Below, in pieces: positions 18,430 through 27,745 of a DNA stretch of 64,000 nucleotides. The stretch lies in the IMG/VR virus record IMGVR_UViG_3300031134_000466; one strand, 5' to 3'. The notes under the pieces were generated by a model. The model was not told the origin of the DNA and did not search any database. It was given only the letters and a program-made list of their open reading frames with translations. Both the position numbers and the translations under genes were made by a program. The DNA comes from a virus. Taxonomy: Duplodnaviria > Heunggongvirae > Uroviricota > Caudoviricetes. The stretch's first letter is position 1, and each line of letters starts with the position of its first letter.

Positions 18430-21147
18430 ATGGCCACCCTCATCGGCGTATCAGGAAAAATTGCGTCAGGTAAAGATTACTTGACTGACAAGCTTGTAAA
18501 CGAACTGAAACGTCTTGGTTTTACCATCGACTACACAGCCTTCGCTGCACCCCTGAAGCAGGAACTCAACGAAATCATCTCTCTGATTCGAGCTTTCCCT
18601 GAACAGGATGAACTGACTCTTTCTTTCTCCATCGCTCGTAATCTGGACATCAACTACGATGATGCTCTTCTGATTGCTACTAATCTGAGAACAGAAGTGC
18701 TTGCAGATGAAACTCTCAACGGTTACTCACGAACAGTCAAAATTCGTGAATCTCTTCAGTATCTTGGTACAGAGATTCGCAGGAAGCAGCGTCCTGAATA
18801 CTGGACTGACTTGTTCTTGAACTTCGTCAACAATTCAGAAACAGATTTCATTTTCGTTTCAGATGCACGTTTTCCTAATGAAATGGACACGGTTGTCGAC
18901 AATCAAGGTGTTGCTCTACGTCTTGACATTCCAGAAGAAGTTCTTGCAGAGCGTCGAAACAAGCGTGACGGCATCAAATACACTGATGAGCAGTTGAATC
19001 ATATCTCAGAAACTGCACTGGATGATTACACCAAATTTGACATGATGATTGGTGTGCAGTTCAACGAACGTGAAATCGTAGAGAATATCCTGAAAAAAGT
19101 TGAACGACTTCAGGAACTTCCTGCAAAAGCTTCTCGCGTCCTGAAAGCCAAAATCGCAGAGCATACACCTTCAGTGTCAGATAAGAAAGATGTTTACCCA
19201 GAGGTGAATTTACCTGAAGGCCAGTACAAAGTGTTGTCTTTGTTTGCAGGTGCAGGTGGATTAGATTTAGGTTTTGAGTTAGCTGGATTAGAAGCAGTTC
19301 ACGGTAAAGAAAAAGTGGACGCTGCTTACAAAGACAAAAAAGCATTTGACGAGCTCCGCAAAGAGAACCTCATTCACACGGTCTACGTAAATGACAACTT
19401 CAAAGATGCAATAGCTTCCTACCGTCAGAACTTTCCTGAAACGTTTATTGACGAACGAGATATCAAAAAAATCAGCAGCTTCCCTGATGCAGACCTTCTG
19501 TTAGGTGGATTCCCTTGCTTCCCTAAAGGAACAGGTGTAGCTACAGAGACAGGTTACAAAAACATTGAAGATGTCGAGAAAGGTGATTTTGTTCTCACTC
19601 ATGAAGGTCGTTACCGTGAAGTAACAGACACCATGACACGCAATGTGAACAAATCAGCCACTCTACATGCTTACGGTTCTCTTCCTTTGGTCTCAACGGT
19701 GAATCATCCTTACTGGGTGAAAGAAACTGTCGATTCTGAACCTAAATGGGTTCATGCTGAGAACATTCAGCCAGGTTGGTTTGTGTCTCATCCAATCAGC
19801 ACATTCAGTACAGATGAAGTAACCGAAAAAGAAGCCAAGTTTGCTTACTTAGCCGGCGTCTTCGCTCAGTGTGGTACAAAAACTTTGAACGACGAGCACA
19901 AGCCAAGCTATCTCACTCCTTACAATGATGAGGAGTTCCTGGCTTTGCTGGCTGAAATTGATGCTGTCTGTTCAAAAGAAGGCAAAAACGTCATCGTCCA
20001 CAGTGAACAGCTGAACAAGATGATGAAATTGTTCGGAACTACCAAATGGAACAAAGTCATTCCTGAAGAGGTCCACCAGAAACCACGAGCTTGGCAGAAA
20101 GCTTTCCTTGACGGCTTCCTGTTCCACAACTCTGACCAGGAAGTGCACAGCAAGAACTTGGCTGTTGGCGTGGCTCGAATTATTCGTAGTTTGAACCCTA
20201 CACAGGATGTTATCGTGTCCTCACCCAAATACAGTTCCTGGATTGTAACTGCAACTGACACTACCGTAGCTCATCATGATGACAACTATGTATGGGTTCC
20301 TGTGGAGCGTTTGCAAGTAAGAAACGAAATGGGAGTACTTCCTGTTTACGATATTACTGTAGCCGAAGACGAATCATTCGTAGCAGATGGATTTGTAGTT
20401 CACAACTGCCCTGGCTTCTCAGCAGCAGGTCTTCGCATGTTAGATGACCCTCGCAACTTCCTGTACCTGCATTTCGTACGAGCTGTTGTTGACGCTCAAC
20501 CAAAGATTTTCGTAGCAGAAAACGTAAAAGGTCTACTCACTCATGGTCAAGGTGAAGCTTTCAACCAGATAGTCGAAGACTTTGCAGCAGCAGGTTACAC
20601 CATCTACTACAAGCTGATGAAAGCAATTCAGCATGGTGTACCTCAGATGAGAGAGCGATTGATTATTGTTGGTGTGCGAAACGACATTGATTTTGAATAC
20701 CAGCATCCTGCTGCCACTCATGGTGAAGGTCTACTTCCATACAAAACTCAAAGAGACGCTTTCTACGATTTGAGGGACCTGAACGATGAACACTACGAAG
20801 GAGACTTCTCTTCTCGCTACCGTTCCAGAAGGTTCAAACTGGACTGGGATGTACCGTCAAAGACCATTTTGGCAACAGGGCGGCACCTGCCTTTGCACCC
20901 TGACGGAGTGCCTCAGGAGAAGCTGGAGCAGGACTTGTGGAGTTTAGACGCTGCAGACCGTAGATTCACTGTAAGAGAAGCTGCACGAATCCAGACATTC
21001 CCTGACTGGTATGATTTCGTGACAACCTCTCGCGGAACAACCAACACAGTCCTGGAGAAACAGTACCGTCAGATAGGTAACGCTGTTCCTGTCGAACTGG
21101 GACGAGTTGTTGCTGAACCTATTGTTCAGTTCCTGAAAAGTCTGTAA
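18430..21147 (+). CDS. dNMP-kinase-like P-loop domain fused to a C5-cytosine DNA methyltransferase interrupted by an intein
   Basis: GKIASGKD P-loop; MTase motif I FAGAGG, motif IV GGFP|C...N|CPGFSAAG split by the intein, motif VI ENV, motif VIII QHGVPQMRER, motif X GNAVP. Confidence 0.85.
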   Translation: MATLIGVSGKIASGKDYLTDKLVNELKRLGFTIDYTAFAAPLKQELNEIISLIRAFPEQDELTLSFSIARNLDINYDDALLIATNLRTEVLADETLNGYSRTVKIRESLQYLGTEIRRKQRPEYWTDLFLNFVNNSETDFIFVSDARFPNEMDTVVDNQGVALRLDIPEEVLAERRNKRDGIKYTDEQLNHISETALDDYTKFDMMIGVQFNEREIVENILKKVERLQELPAKASRVLKAKIAEHTPSVSDKKDVYPEVNLPEGQYKVLSLFAGAGGLDLGFELAGLEAVHGKEKVDAAYKDKKAFDELRKENLIHTVYVNDNFKDAIASYRQNFPETFIDERDIKKISSFPDADLLLGGFPCFPKGTGVATETGYKNIEDVEKGDFVLTHEGRYREVTDTMTRNVNKSATLHAYGSLPLVSTVNHPYWVKETVDSEPKWVHAENIQPGWFVSHPISTFSTDEVTEKEAKFAYLAGVFAQCGTKTLNDEHKPSYLTPYNDEEFLALLAEIDAVCSKEGKNVIVHSEQLNKMMKLFGTTKWNKVIPEEVHQKPRAWQKAFLDGFLFHNSDQEVHSKNLAVGVARIIRSLNPTQDVIVSSPKYSSWIVTATDTTVAHHDDNYVWVPVERLQVRNEMGVLPVYDITVAEDESFVADGFVVHNCPGFSAAGLRMLDDPRNFLYLHFVRAVVDAQPKIFVAENVKGLLTHGQGEAFNQIVEDFAAAGYTIYYKLMKAIQHGVPQMRERLIIVGVRNDIDFEYQHPAATHGEGLLPYKTQRDAFYDLRDLNDEHYEGDFSSRYRSRRFKLDWDVPSKTILATGRHLPLHPDGVPQEKLEQDLWSLDAADRRFTVREAARIQTFPDWYDFVTTSRGTTNTVLEKQYRQIGNAVPVELGRVVAEPIVQFLKSL
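19516..20406 (+). mobile_element. Intein (297 aa, Cys1 ... His-Asn, +1 Cys) inserted at the catalytic Cys of MTase motif IV
   Basis: N-terminal splicing block CFPKGTGVATETG...GDFVLTHEG; C-terminal VVHN followed by extein Cys; removal restores GGFPCPGFSAAG; degenerate LAGLIDADG-like blocks (YLAGVF, FLDGFLF). Confidence 0.8.
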
Positions 21148-21762
21148 TCAGTTGATGGCGTGAATGCGGTTCAACGGCCACATCACGAACTTAGGCTGGC
21201 CCAGGATGCTATCCACTGGCACGAAAGGGTCATTAGGGTGGTACCTGGAGTCAGCTGAGTTCAACCGGTTGTCGCCCAGGACAAACACTTGCCCTGCTGG
21301 GACAGTGTAAGAGAATTCTTTGTTGACATCGTTCACACCATCTTTGATGTAATTCTCATTAAGTTCCTCGCCATTGAGAAGAAGCTTCCCATCATCAGAG
21401 CAGCAAGAGATGGTGTCACCACCAACAGCTATCACACGTTTCACAAACACTGTTCCAGCAGGTTCACCCCAAGATGCTGGAGGGTTGAAAACGACAACAG
21501 TGCCACGGTCAGGAGCCTGCCTGTTGTCCAAAGCAGGAACAGATACCATGTAATCCTTGACTTGCAAAGTATTCGTCATGGAGGAAGAAGGGACAACATA
21601 GCTGTCCACGAAGAATAGATTCAGAATGATTCCTACTACCAGACCAAAGATGATCGTGTCGAGGAAACCAATTTTGTGTTTTTTCTTAGAACGAGTTACA
21701 ACCTCAGAGGAGGGGGTAATGTCGTCGTCCATCAAAATTCTTCCTATCATTACAGTAACCAT
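21148..21762 (-). CDS. lepB: Signal peptidase I (S26 family), actinobacterial-type
   Basis: SSMTNTL Ser box, VKRVIAVGGDTI box, GDNRLNSADSR box. Confidence 0.85.
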   Translation of the reverse strand: MVTVMIGRILMDDDITPSSEVVTRSKKKHKIGFLDTIIFGLVVGIILNLFFVDSYVVPSSSMTNTLQVKDYMVSVPALDNRQAPDRGTVVVFNPPASWGEPAGTVFVKRVIAVGGDTISCCSDDGKLLLNGEELNENYIKDGVNDVNKEFSYTVPAGQVFVLGDNRLNSADSRYHPNDPFVPVDSILGQPKFVMWPLNRIHAIN

Positions 21763-21881
21763 TCTGGGTACTGGATCGTTCTATATGTCTGCCGTGCTGA
21801 TATTAGAAACAGCAGCAAAGTGGGCTAAATCAGAAAAACTGTAGAATAGCTACAGTGTAACACAACAAATTAGGGTTTTCA

Positions 21882-23186
21882 TTGATTTCAACACTACGAC
21901 ACTCCCAGAAATTTCAAGACAGCTTTGTTGTCTGGATTTTTGTACTTCTTTTCGCCGGTCAGGGTTTCAGGAACCTAATCGGCCTCATCTGTTACGGCAC
22001 TATCAGCCTGGTGACTGTAAGCGTAGCCGTTTGGCTCTTTTGGAATACCTGGAGTAAACGCCGAACCCCGTTTTTGCTGGGTGCTTTTGTAACTTTAGCA
22101 GCTCTGTCCACAATTTGGTCCACTTACCGTCTGGAAACATTCATAGCCAGTATCATTCTGGCGGCCACCAGCCTCATAGGACTTTTAGTTGCCTCAGCTT
22201 ACAAATGGAAAAAACTGATAGTCCTTTTAGGTTACGGACTGCAAATCTGCGTGGTCGGCAGTTTAGTCTTTGAAACAATCGTCGCCACTGTGTTTAGGAG
22301 ACCAGTTCTACCTGTCTTCATGGAATTTGTGGGCCTTACTGACATTGAGAAAAATTCTGGTGTGTTGAACTGGTCAGAGAACAATTTGTTTGCAGGTGGT
22401 CCAATTCAGGGTTTCATGGGTAACAGAAACTTGTTAGGTTTTGTTGCATTGCTTCTAATTGTTGTGTCAGTAGTGACTTTGTTGGAGAAACTCACAAACA
22501 AATGGGTGAGCCTTAGCTGGATAGCTGTAGGGTTAGGAACACATTTTCTGACAGTCTCAGCTACCATCTCTTTGGCTCTGCTGGCTGTTGTCATCATCGT
22601 TGCTGGTGCGATGTTTATACGATTTACGCCAGAAAAGTTCAGACGGATAACATCCTGGTCCTTCGTGGGACTCTGTATCGTTCTTGGTGTTGCTGCGTTG
22701 AAGAACTACGACAAACTGTTTGGTGTTTTTGACCGTGACCCGAACCTTACTAACCGCACTGAAATCTGGAAACGAGTGGCTGATCTGGCTTTGCAGAAAC
22801 CTGAAGGTTGGGGATGGGTTAGTTACTGGCCTGTATGGAAAGAGCCTTTCAACGGAATACTCACATTAGGTGGAGTGCCTGTAGCTCATGCCCATAATGC
22901 ATATTTGGATGTATGGTTCCAACTGGGTGTAGTTGGCGTCATTCTTCTAGCAGCTATGACTTTGTACATTTTAGGAAGCTCTTGGCGTTTAGTGGAACAT
23001 GCAGGAAGGAGTTCAAGCTTCTTACCTCTTGGTTTGTTCCTTCTTGGTGGTTGCTTGTTCATTCAAGCTCTTACAGAATCCCGTCTGCTACTTGAGGGTA
23101 ATTGGATGCTGTTGACTGTGTTGCTTGTGTATACGCCATCTGCTTTCCGAAAAACAAACCTGAAGGCGTTAGAGCCGATATCGTAA
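21882..23186 (+). CDS. O-antigen ligase / Wzy-like polytopic membrane protein
   Basis: At least 10 TM helices; AHNAYLDVWFQLGVVGV O-antigen-ligase family motif. Confidence 0.65.
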   Translation: MISTLRHSQKFQDSFVVWIFVLLFAGQGFRNLIGLICYGTISLVTVSVAVWLFWNTWSKRRTPFLLGAFVTLAALSTIWSTYRLETFIASIILAATSLIGLLVASAYKWKKLIVLLGYGLQICVVGSLVFETIVATVFRRPVLPVFMEFVGLTDIEKNSGVLNWSENNLFAGGPIQGFMGNRNLLGFVALLLIVVSVVTLLEKLTNKWVSLSWIAVGLGTHFLTVSATISLALLAVVIIVAGAMFIRFTPEKFRRITSWSFVGLCIVLGVAALKNYDKLFGVFDRDPNLTNRTEIWKRVADLALQKPEGWGWVSYWPVWKEPFNGILTLGGVPVAHAHNAYLDVWFQLGVVGVILLAAMTLYILGSSWRLVEHAGRSSSFLPLGLFLLGGCLFIQALTESRLLLEGNWMLLTVLLVYTPSAFRKTNLKALEPIS

Positions 23187-23188
23187 CC

Positions 23189-23380
23189 ATGACTACGAAT
23201 GACCTTGCTCCCATGCAACTACCTCCTTTTAAAGAGGGGGAAATGAAGAAAGTTGCTTTAGGGTTCCGTGAAGTTGACGGTAAAGTGGAAGTGACAGTGA
23301 CTTCACACAATATGAACGATGATATTAACGAAATTGCTGTGTTCTTGTCATTTGCGTTGGAAAAAATGCTCGAAGACTGA
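23189..23380 (+). CDS. Small hypothetical protein
   Basis: ATG directly after the stop of the previous gene. Confidence 0.35.
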   Translation: MTTNDLAPMQLPPFKEGEMKKVALGFREVDGKVEVTVTSHNMNDDINEIAVFLSFALEKMLED

Positions 23381-23433
23381 TATGGTGTGCAGCAGATAAG
23401 ATTTTTCTTGCTATCTGTTAGGAATACAAAACT

Positions 23434-24246
23434 ATGTGCAAACGCAAACCATACCCTCGTTGCAGCTACCATGCTCGCATCAAACTTGAAGCTGCAGAAA
23501 AGTCTGGTGATCTTGAACGCATCAAGCTTGCAAGAAGGAACTATTTCACTTCATTAGCTGGTATTGCTGACCTCAAAGCTCAGGGTAAAGATGCATTAGC
23601 TGCAAAATATGAGACTCGTAGAGCAAATCTCATTGCTCAAGCTGAACGTGAGACTAACCTCCGCAAGACACCCCTGGTTTTGGCGTTGGATGTAGACAAC
23701 ACCAGTGGTGACTTCACAGAATCCATTCGTAACCATGTCATGAAGACACAAGGACTTACTCCTGAACAGGCTGAAACACTTCTTCCTAGCCCTCCAACTC
23801 ACTACTCTTTCGTAGACTCAGGCTGGTTCACTGACGTTAACTCATTCCTGGATGCTTTCCATTCAGCGGAAGAGAATGGTGTTTACTCCAAGATGAAAGC
23901 TTTTGACGGAGTAAGCAAGACTCTTCGCACTTTGGTCAGTAATCGTGACGTTGAAGTTCGTGTTGTGACGGCCCGTGGTAACAGATGGAATGAAGAGACC
24001 CGTCAGTGGTTGCGTCGTCATCGTATTCCTTTCACTTCCATCACTCACACTGAGGACAAAGAGAAAGTCCCAGGTATCGATGTGTACATTGATGACTCTG
24101 ACAAGCAGATTAACACTCTGCAGAAGAACGGTAAGACAGTTATTGCGTTCGAGAATGCATACAACGCAACTGTTCCTTCTAAGTATCGTGTAAAGAAGTG
24201 GAAAGAAGTGCCGGCAGTTCTGAAACTCATCGCACAAGCCAAATAA
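23434..24246 (+). CDS. Effector-family protein: Cys/His N-terminal module fused to a HAD-superfamily phosphatase (5'-nucleotidase-like)
   Basis: N-terminus MCKRKPYPRCSYHA shared with the ARTs at 30500 and 51758; HAD motif I ALDVDNT, motif IV IDDSDKQ. Confidence 0.7.
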   Translation: MCKRKPYPRCSYHARIKLEAAEKSGDLERIKLARRNYFTSLAGIADLKAQGKDALAAKYETRRANLIAQAERETNLRKTPLVLALDVDNTSGDFTESIRNHVMKTQGLTPEQAETLLPSPPTHYSFVDSGWFTDVNSFLDAFHSAEENGVYSKMKAFDGVSKTLRTLVSNRDVEVRVVTARGNRWNEETRQWLRRHRIPFTSITHTEDKEKVPGIDVYIDDSDKQINTLQKNGKTVIAFENAYNATVPSKYRVKKWKEVPAVLKLIAQAK

Positions 24247-24391
24247 CAAACCATCAATATGGCGGTCCAGGATGCTAATTGTCCTGGGCCGCCCTTGTTT
24301 TCTCAATTAGGTGTTATGGGAACCTGTGAAAAGCTTGTTAATTACCGATACTTTTTTCAGCTACCTAACCCCCTTAGAGAGAAGAATCTGT

Positions 24392-26083
24392 ATGTCTGCT
24401 GGCAGCACGCACCCGACTATTCAAAACTACACAAAAATACGAGCAGCTTTTAGCTCCTCACAAGCCGCTATCGACTTAGCTTCCATCATGGTGGGTGTCA
24501 TCGTAATCGGACTTATTGGTGGAGTAATCTCTGCCACAGTATTCGCTATCATTCCTTGGGCACAGGACAAAGCAGCGAAAGCATCTCTCTCCTCAGTACA
24601 CACAGCAGAATCAGCATATGCTGGGTTCAGTGTTGGTGATGACGGAGAGAAGAAACAAACTTTTGGTAACTACGACGACTTGAAAGCTGAACATGGAGGT
24701 TTGCTTCAAGAATCTGAACGTCTAATAGTTTCCACCGGAACAAACAACAAAGACTGCTATGTTGCTGTCATTACCTCAGAGACAGGAAACCGTTTCTGGA
24801 TTGACAACAAGATCAGTGCACCTCGCATGTACCAAGAAGGTGACCAGTCAGAGTGTCTGAACCTTGAAGACATGTTCGGTGATGACAACGGTGGTATTGG
24901 ATACAACTCCTCCCTTGATGGTACTTACTTCGAAGGGCAAGGTTTTGCAGCTGTTGTTCACATTCGTAACAGTGCAATCAACTATGGTGTTGAACCAGAC
25001 CCAACTTGTGAGCCTACTGACCCAGCCACACAGGTAACACAGGTAAAAGCTTACTTAGACAGTGAAGAAATTGAAATTGCTGGTAGCTGGGAATACATGC
25101 AATCATCAGACGGAATTCAGACAGCAGTAGGCATCCAAACCACTAACGGATACATTGGTGCTACCACAGAGGAAGCTCAAACTTTCGCTGAAAGAGGACA
25201 AGTAATTTTCTTACCAGCTGGTTGTGCTGATTCAATCACCATCAACGTATCAGGAACATCCACTCCTCCAGGTGGTGACGACGGCGGTGGTGACCAACCT
25301 GTTGAACTATGCAGCAAGTACAATAACATGTTCACTGACGCCCAAACAACCAGTGAAACCACTGGAACTACTTTCTATGTTGACCCAAGCTGCAACACCA
25401 GCATGACTGCAATGTTCACATCCTTTGAGTCGATGTTCCAAACAATGGGACAGCCAACACTTACCGCTCGTACTGACGGTTGCTGGTCAGAACAGGGAAC
25501 TTATAAGAAAGTTGCCTGTGACCCAACAGGACAAGCTTACTACTACAGCCCAGGAAGCATGGAACAGTTCTGGACTTCAGCTAACGGAACAACAGTTGAA
25601 TTGTACCTCAACGGTTCAAGTACCCCATTCTTCTCCCAGGCATCAAACACTCCAAGTGAGTTCTACTACGAAGTTCCTCGTGAAGATAGGACAGATTCCT
25701 ACACTCAGAGCTCATACAACGCTGACGCTCCAACTGTCGGAATTGATGTCACAAGTAGCTACAGAATGACCAACTTCTACCGTGCAGCTAAACCAGCTGC
25801 AGGAACAACTTCAAACTCTTGCTTGGATGAACTTCAAGCGGGTAAGCTTCCAACCACTTACCAAGGCGAGTATGGTGTAGCTAACTGCCAAGGTGAAGAT
25901 GACTTCCGTATCTATGACTGGGACATCTCAGGTAACTTCGGTAATGCCGATGAAGCAACTTACGAAAACATCAAAACAGTCAGTGAACAAGGCGGTATGG
26001 TCAAGTTCACAACAACAGAAGGTAAAACTTCAACCATCCAGCTGAACCCAGGAGCTTTGAACCCAGAACCACAAGCTTCATAA
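24392..26083 (+). CDS. Membrane-anchored surface protein, paralogue C, with a divergent C-terminal domain
   Basis: AIDLASIMVGVIVIGLIGGVISATVFAIIPWAQDKAAK matches the N-terminus of 1636 and 2847; GAGAGAAG SD before the Met at 24392. Confidence 0.7.
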   Translation: MSAGSTHPTIQNYTKIRAAFSSSQAAIDLASIMVGVIVIGLIGGVISATVFAIIPWAQDKAAKASLSSVHTAESAYAGFSVGDDGEKKQTFGNYDDLKAEHGGLLQESERLIVSTGTNNKDCYVAVITSETGNRFWIDNKISAPRMYQEGDQSECLNLEDMFGDDNGGIGYNSSLDGTYFEGQGFAAVVHIRNSAINYGVEPDPTCEPTDPATQVTQVKAYLDSEEIEIAGSWEYMQSSDGIQTAVGIQTTNGYIGATTEEAQTFAERGQVIFLPAGCADSITINVSGTSTPPGGDDGGGDQPVELCSKYNNMFTDAQTTSETTGTTFYVDPSCNTSMTAMFTSFESMFQTMGQPTLTARTDGCWSEQGTYKKVACDPTGQAYYYSPGSMEQFWTSANGTTVELYLNGSSTPFFSQASNTPSEFYYEVPREDRTDSYTQSSYNADAPTVGIDVTSSYRMTNFYRAAKPAAGTTSNSCLDELQAGKLPTTYQGEYGVANCQGEDDFRIYDWDISGNFGNADEATYENIKTVSEQGGMVKFTTTEGKTSTIQLNPGALNPEPQAS

Positions 26084-26097
26084 ATAACCAAACTGTT

Positions 26098-26134
26098 GAA
26101 GCCTCCCACCTGTAGTAATAAGGTGGGAGGCTTC
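26098..26134 (+). terminator. Hairpin terminator
   Basis: gaagcctcccacct/aggtgggaggcttc. Confidence 0.6.
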
Positions 26135-26180
26135 AACCATGCTAAGATGTATGAAACCCCATACCTAACGAAAGAAATCT

Positions 26181-26297
26181 ATGGACGAGTATTCAGCTTT
26201 TGAGAAACGAAACAAAGTAATTCGAGTCGTCGCAATTGTCACAGTAATAGCTGTTGCCGGCTCAGGAATCGCAGCAGCCTTCTTCGGAGCATTCTAA
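26181..26297 (+). CDS. 38-aa small membrane peptide (single TM)
   Basis: MDEYSAFEKRNKVIRVVAIVTVIAVAGSGIAAAFFGAF; below the ORF-track cutoff. Confidence 0.3.
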   Translation: MDEYSAFEKRNKVIRVVAIVTVIAVAGSGIAAAFFGAF

Positions 26298-26337
26298 AAA
26301 TACCTGATGAGAGCGTCTTTTTGATTCAAAATTAGAG

Positions 26338-26365
26338 TTGCAAACCTCCGAAAACGTGCTATAAT
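26338..26365 (+). promoter_or_regulatory. Sigma70/SigA-type promoter TTGCAA-N16-TATAAT with the predicted TSS at the ATG of the PARP gene (leaderless)
   Basis: Hexamers read directly; the -10 ends 6 nt before the ATG at 26372. Confidence 0.45.
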
Positions 26366-26371
26366 AAGAGC

Positions 26372-27676
26372 ATGGGAAAAATCATTGAAGAGACAATGCT
26401 TGTCATGGTTGACACAAAGAACAACAACAACAAGTTCTACCATGTCACATTGGATGATGCTAACGTCGTCACCAAGCGCTGGGGACGTGTAGGAGCTGAA
26501 GGAGCGAGTTCCGTCGAGACAACAGGCAAGATTGGTTACGAGCGAGCCATCAAGTCCAAAGAGAAAAAGGGCTACAAGGTCTCACCTATTGTTAGCACAG
26601 GTGTCACAGTCAAGAGTTCTGTCAACCACCTTGACGAAGTAGCTAAGAAGTTTCTGTCCAAGGACAGCGGAGACAGCCTTATCAGCAACCTCATTGACCG
26701 ACTCATCGCATCAAACCAGCACCAGATTATGGAGCAGTCCGGTGGTATGATTAAGATTACCGACGACGGAACCGTAAAGACCGCTCTCGGTGTTGTTGAC
26801 CTTTGCTCCATCAACTCTGCCCGAGACCTCATTGGTGAGATGCAGAAGAAGAAAACAGGGCAGACCAAGCTCCTGGAAGATTACCTCACCCTCATTCCTC
26901 AGAACATTGGGTACCGTCGTGGTTGGGAAGAGGACTTCCTGAAGACGGAAAACTTTGCCAAGCAGATGGACTTCTTGAAGCAGCTTGAGGATTCTGTGCA
27001 GTGGCGAAACACCACCGCACAGGTCACCACAGATGACGAAGACAAGTTCGACATCGATGCTCACAAAGACCTGTTCCGCATGAACCTTGCGAAGATTTCC
27101 GACAGCGGAAAAGACTTCGACCGTATCAACAAGATGTTTAAAGAAACACGCAACAACATGCACACATCACGTAACCTCAAACTTGTGAACGTGTATGCAG
27201 TGGAAGATGTCAAGGGCAAGGAAGCTTACGAAGCTGCTCAGAAGAAGTATGGAAACGTACGTGAACTCTGGCACGGAACAAAAGCCTCCAATGTTCTCTC
27301 CATTCTCACAAAGGGATTGTTCGTGCCTAACGCAGGTAGCGGTATCCCTGTGACAGGAAGAATGTTCGGTGATGGTGTCTACTTCAGTGACCAGAGCACC
27401 AAAAGCTTGAACTACGCCAACGGTTACTGGGATGGTTCACGCACCAGCCAGAACTGTTTCATGCTTCTGAACGATGTTGTCATGGGTCATGAGTACCGCC
27501 CTCAGCGTTGGGACTACAGCTCTCTCCGTCAGGCACACAAGGGCGTTGGAACTTCAGGTAAGCCTTACCAGTCCATCAGCGTTCGTGGTGGAACCTGTAA
27601 CGTTCGAAACAACGAAATGATTATTTGGAACACTGACCAGGTGGCTGTACGTTACCTCTGCGAATTTGGTAGCTAA
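26372..27676 (+). CDS. Poly(ADP-ribose) polymerase: WGR domain, helical domain and PARP catalytic domain
   Basis: WGR motif KRWGRVG; catalytic H-G-T, GDGVYFSD, KSLNYA and NNEMIIW aligning to the PARP1 HGS / Y / catalytic-Glu region. Confidence 0.85.
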   Translation: MGKIIEETMLVMVDTKNNNNKFYHVTLDDANVVTKRWGRVGAEGASSVETTGKIGYERAIKSKEKKGYKVSPIVSTGVTVKSSVNHLDEVAKKFLSKDSGDSLISNLIDRLIASNQHQIMEQSGGMIKITDDGTVKTALGVVDLCSINSARDLIGEMQKKKTGQTKLLEDYLTLIPQNIGYRRGWEEDFLKTENFAKQMDFLKQLEDSVQWRNTTAQVTTDDEDKFDIDAHKDLFRMNLAKISDSGKDFDRINKMFKETRNNMHTSRNLKLVNVYAVEDVKGKEAYEAAQKKYGNVRELWHGTKASNVLSILTKGLFVPNAGSGIPVTGRMFGDGVYFSDQSTKSLNYANGYWDGSRTSQNCFMLLNDVVMGHEYRPQRWDYSSLRQAHKGVGTSGKPYQSISVRGGTCNVRNNEMIIWNTDQVAVRYLCEFGS

Positions 27677-27745
27677 TTGACAGCTTTTAGCCTATCTGCT
27701 GAAAATCACCAGAAAAGAAATATCGTATCAGTGATGCTGGTAAAG

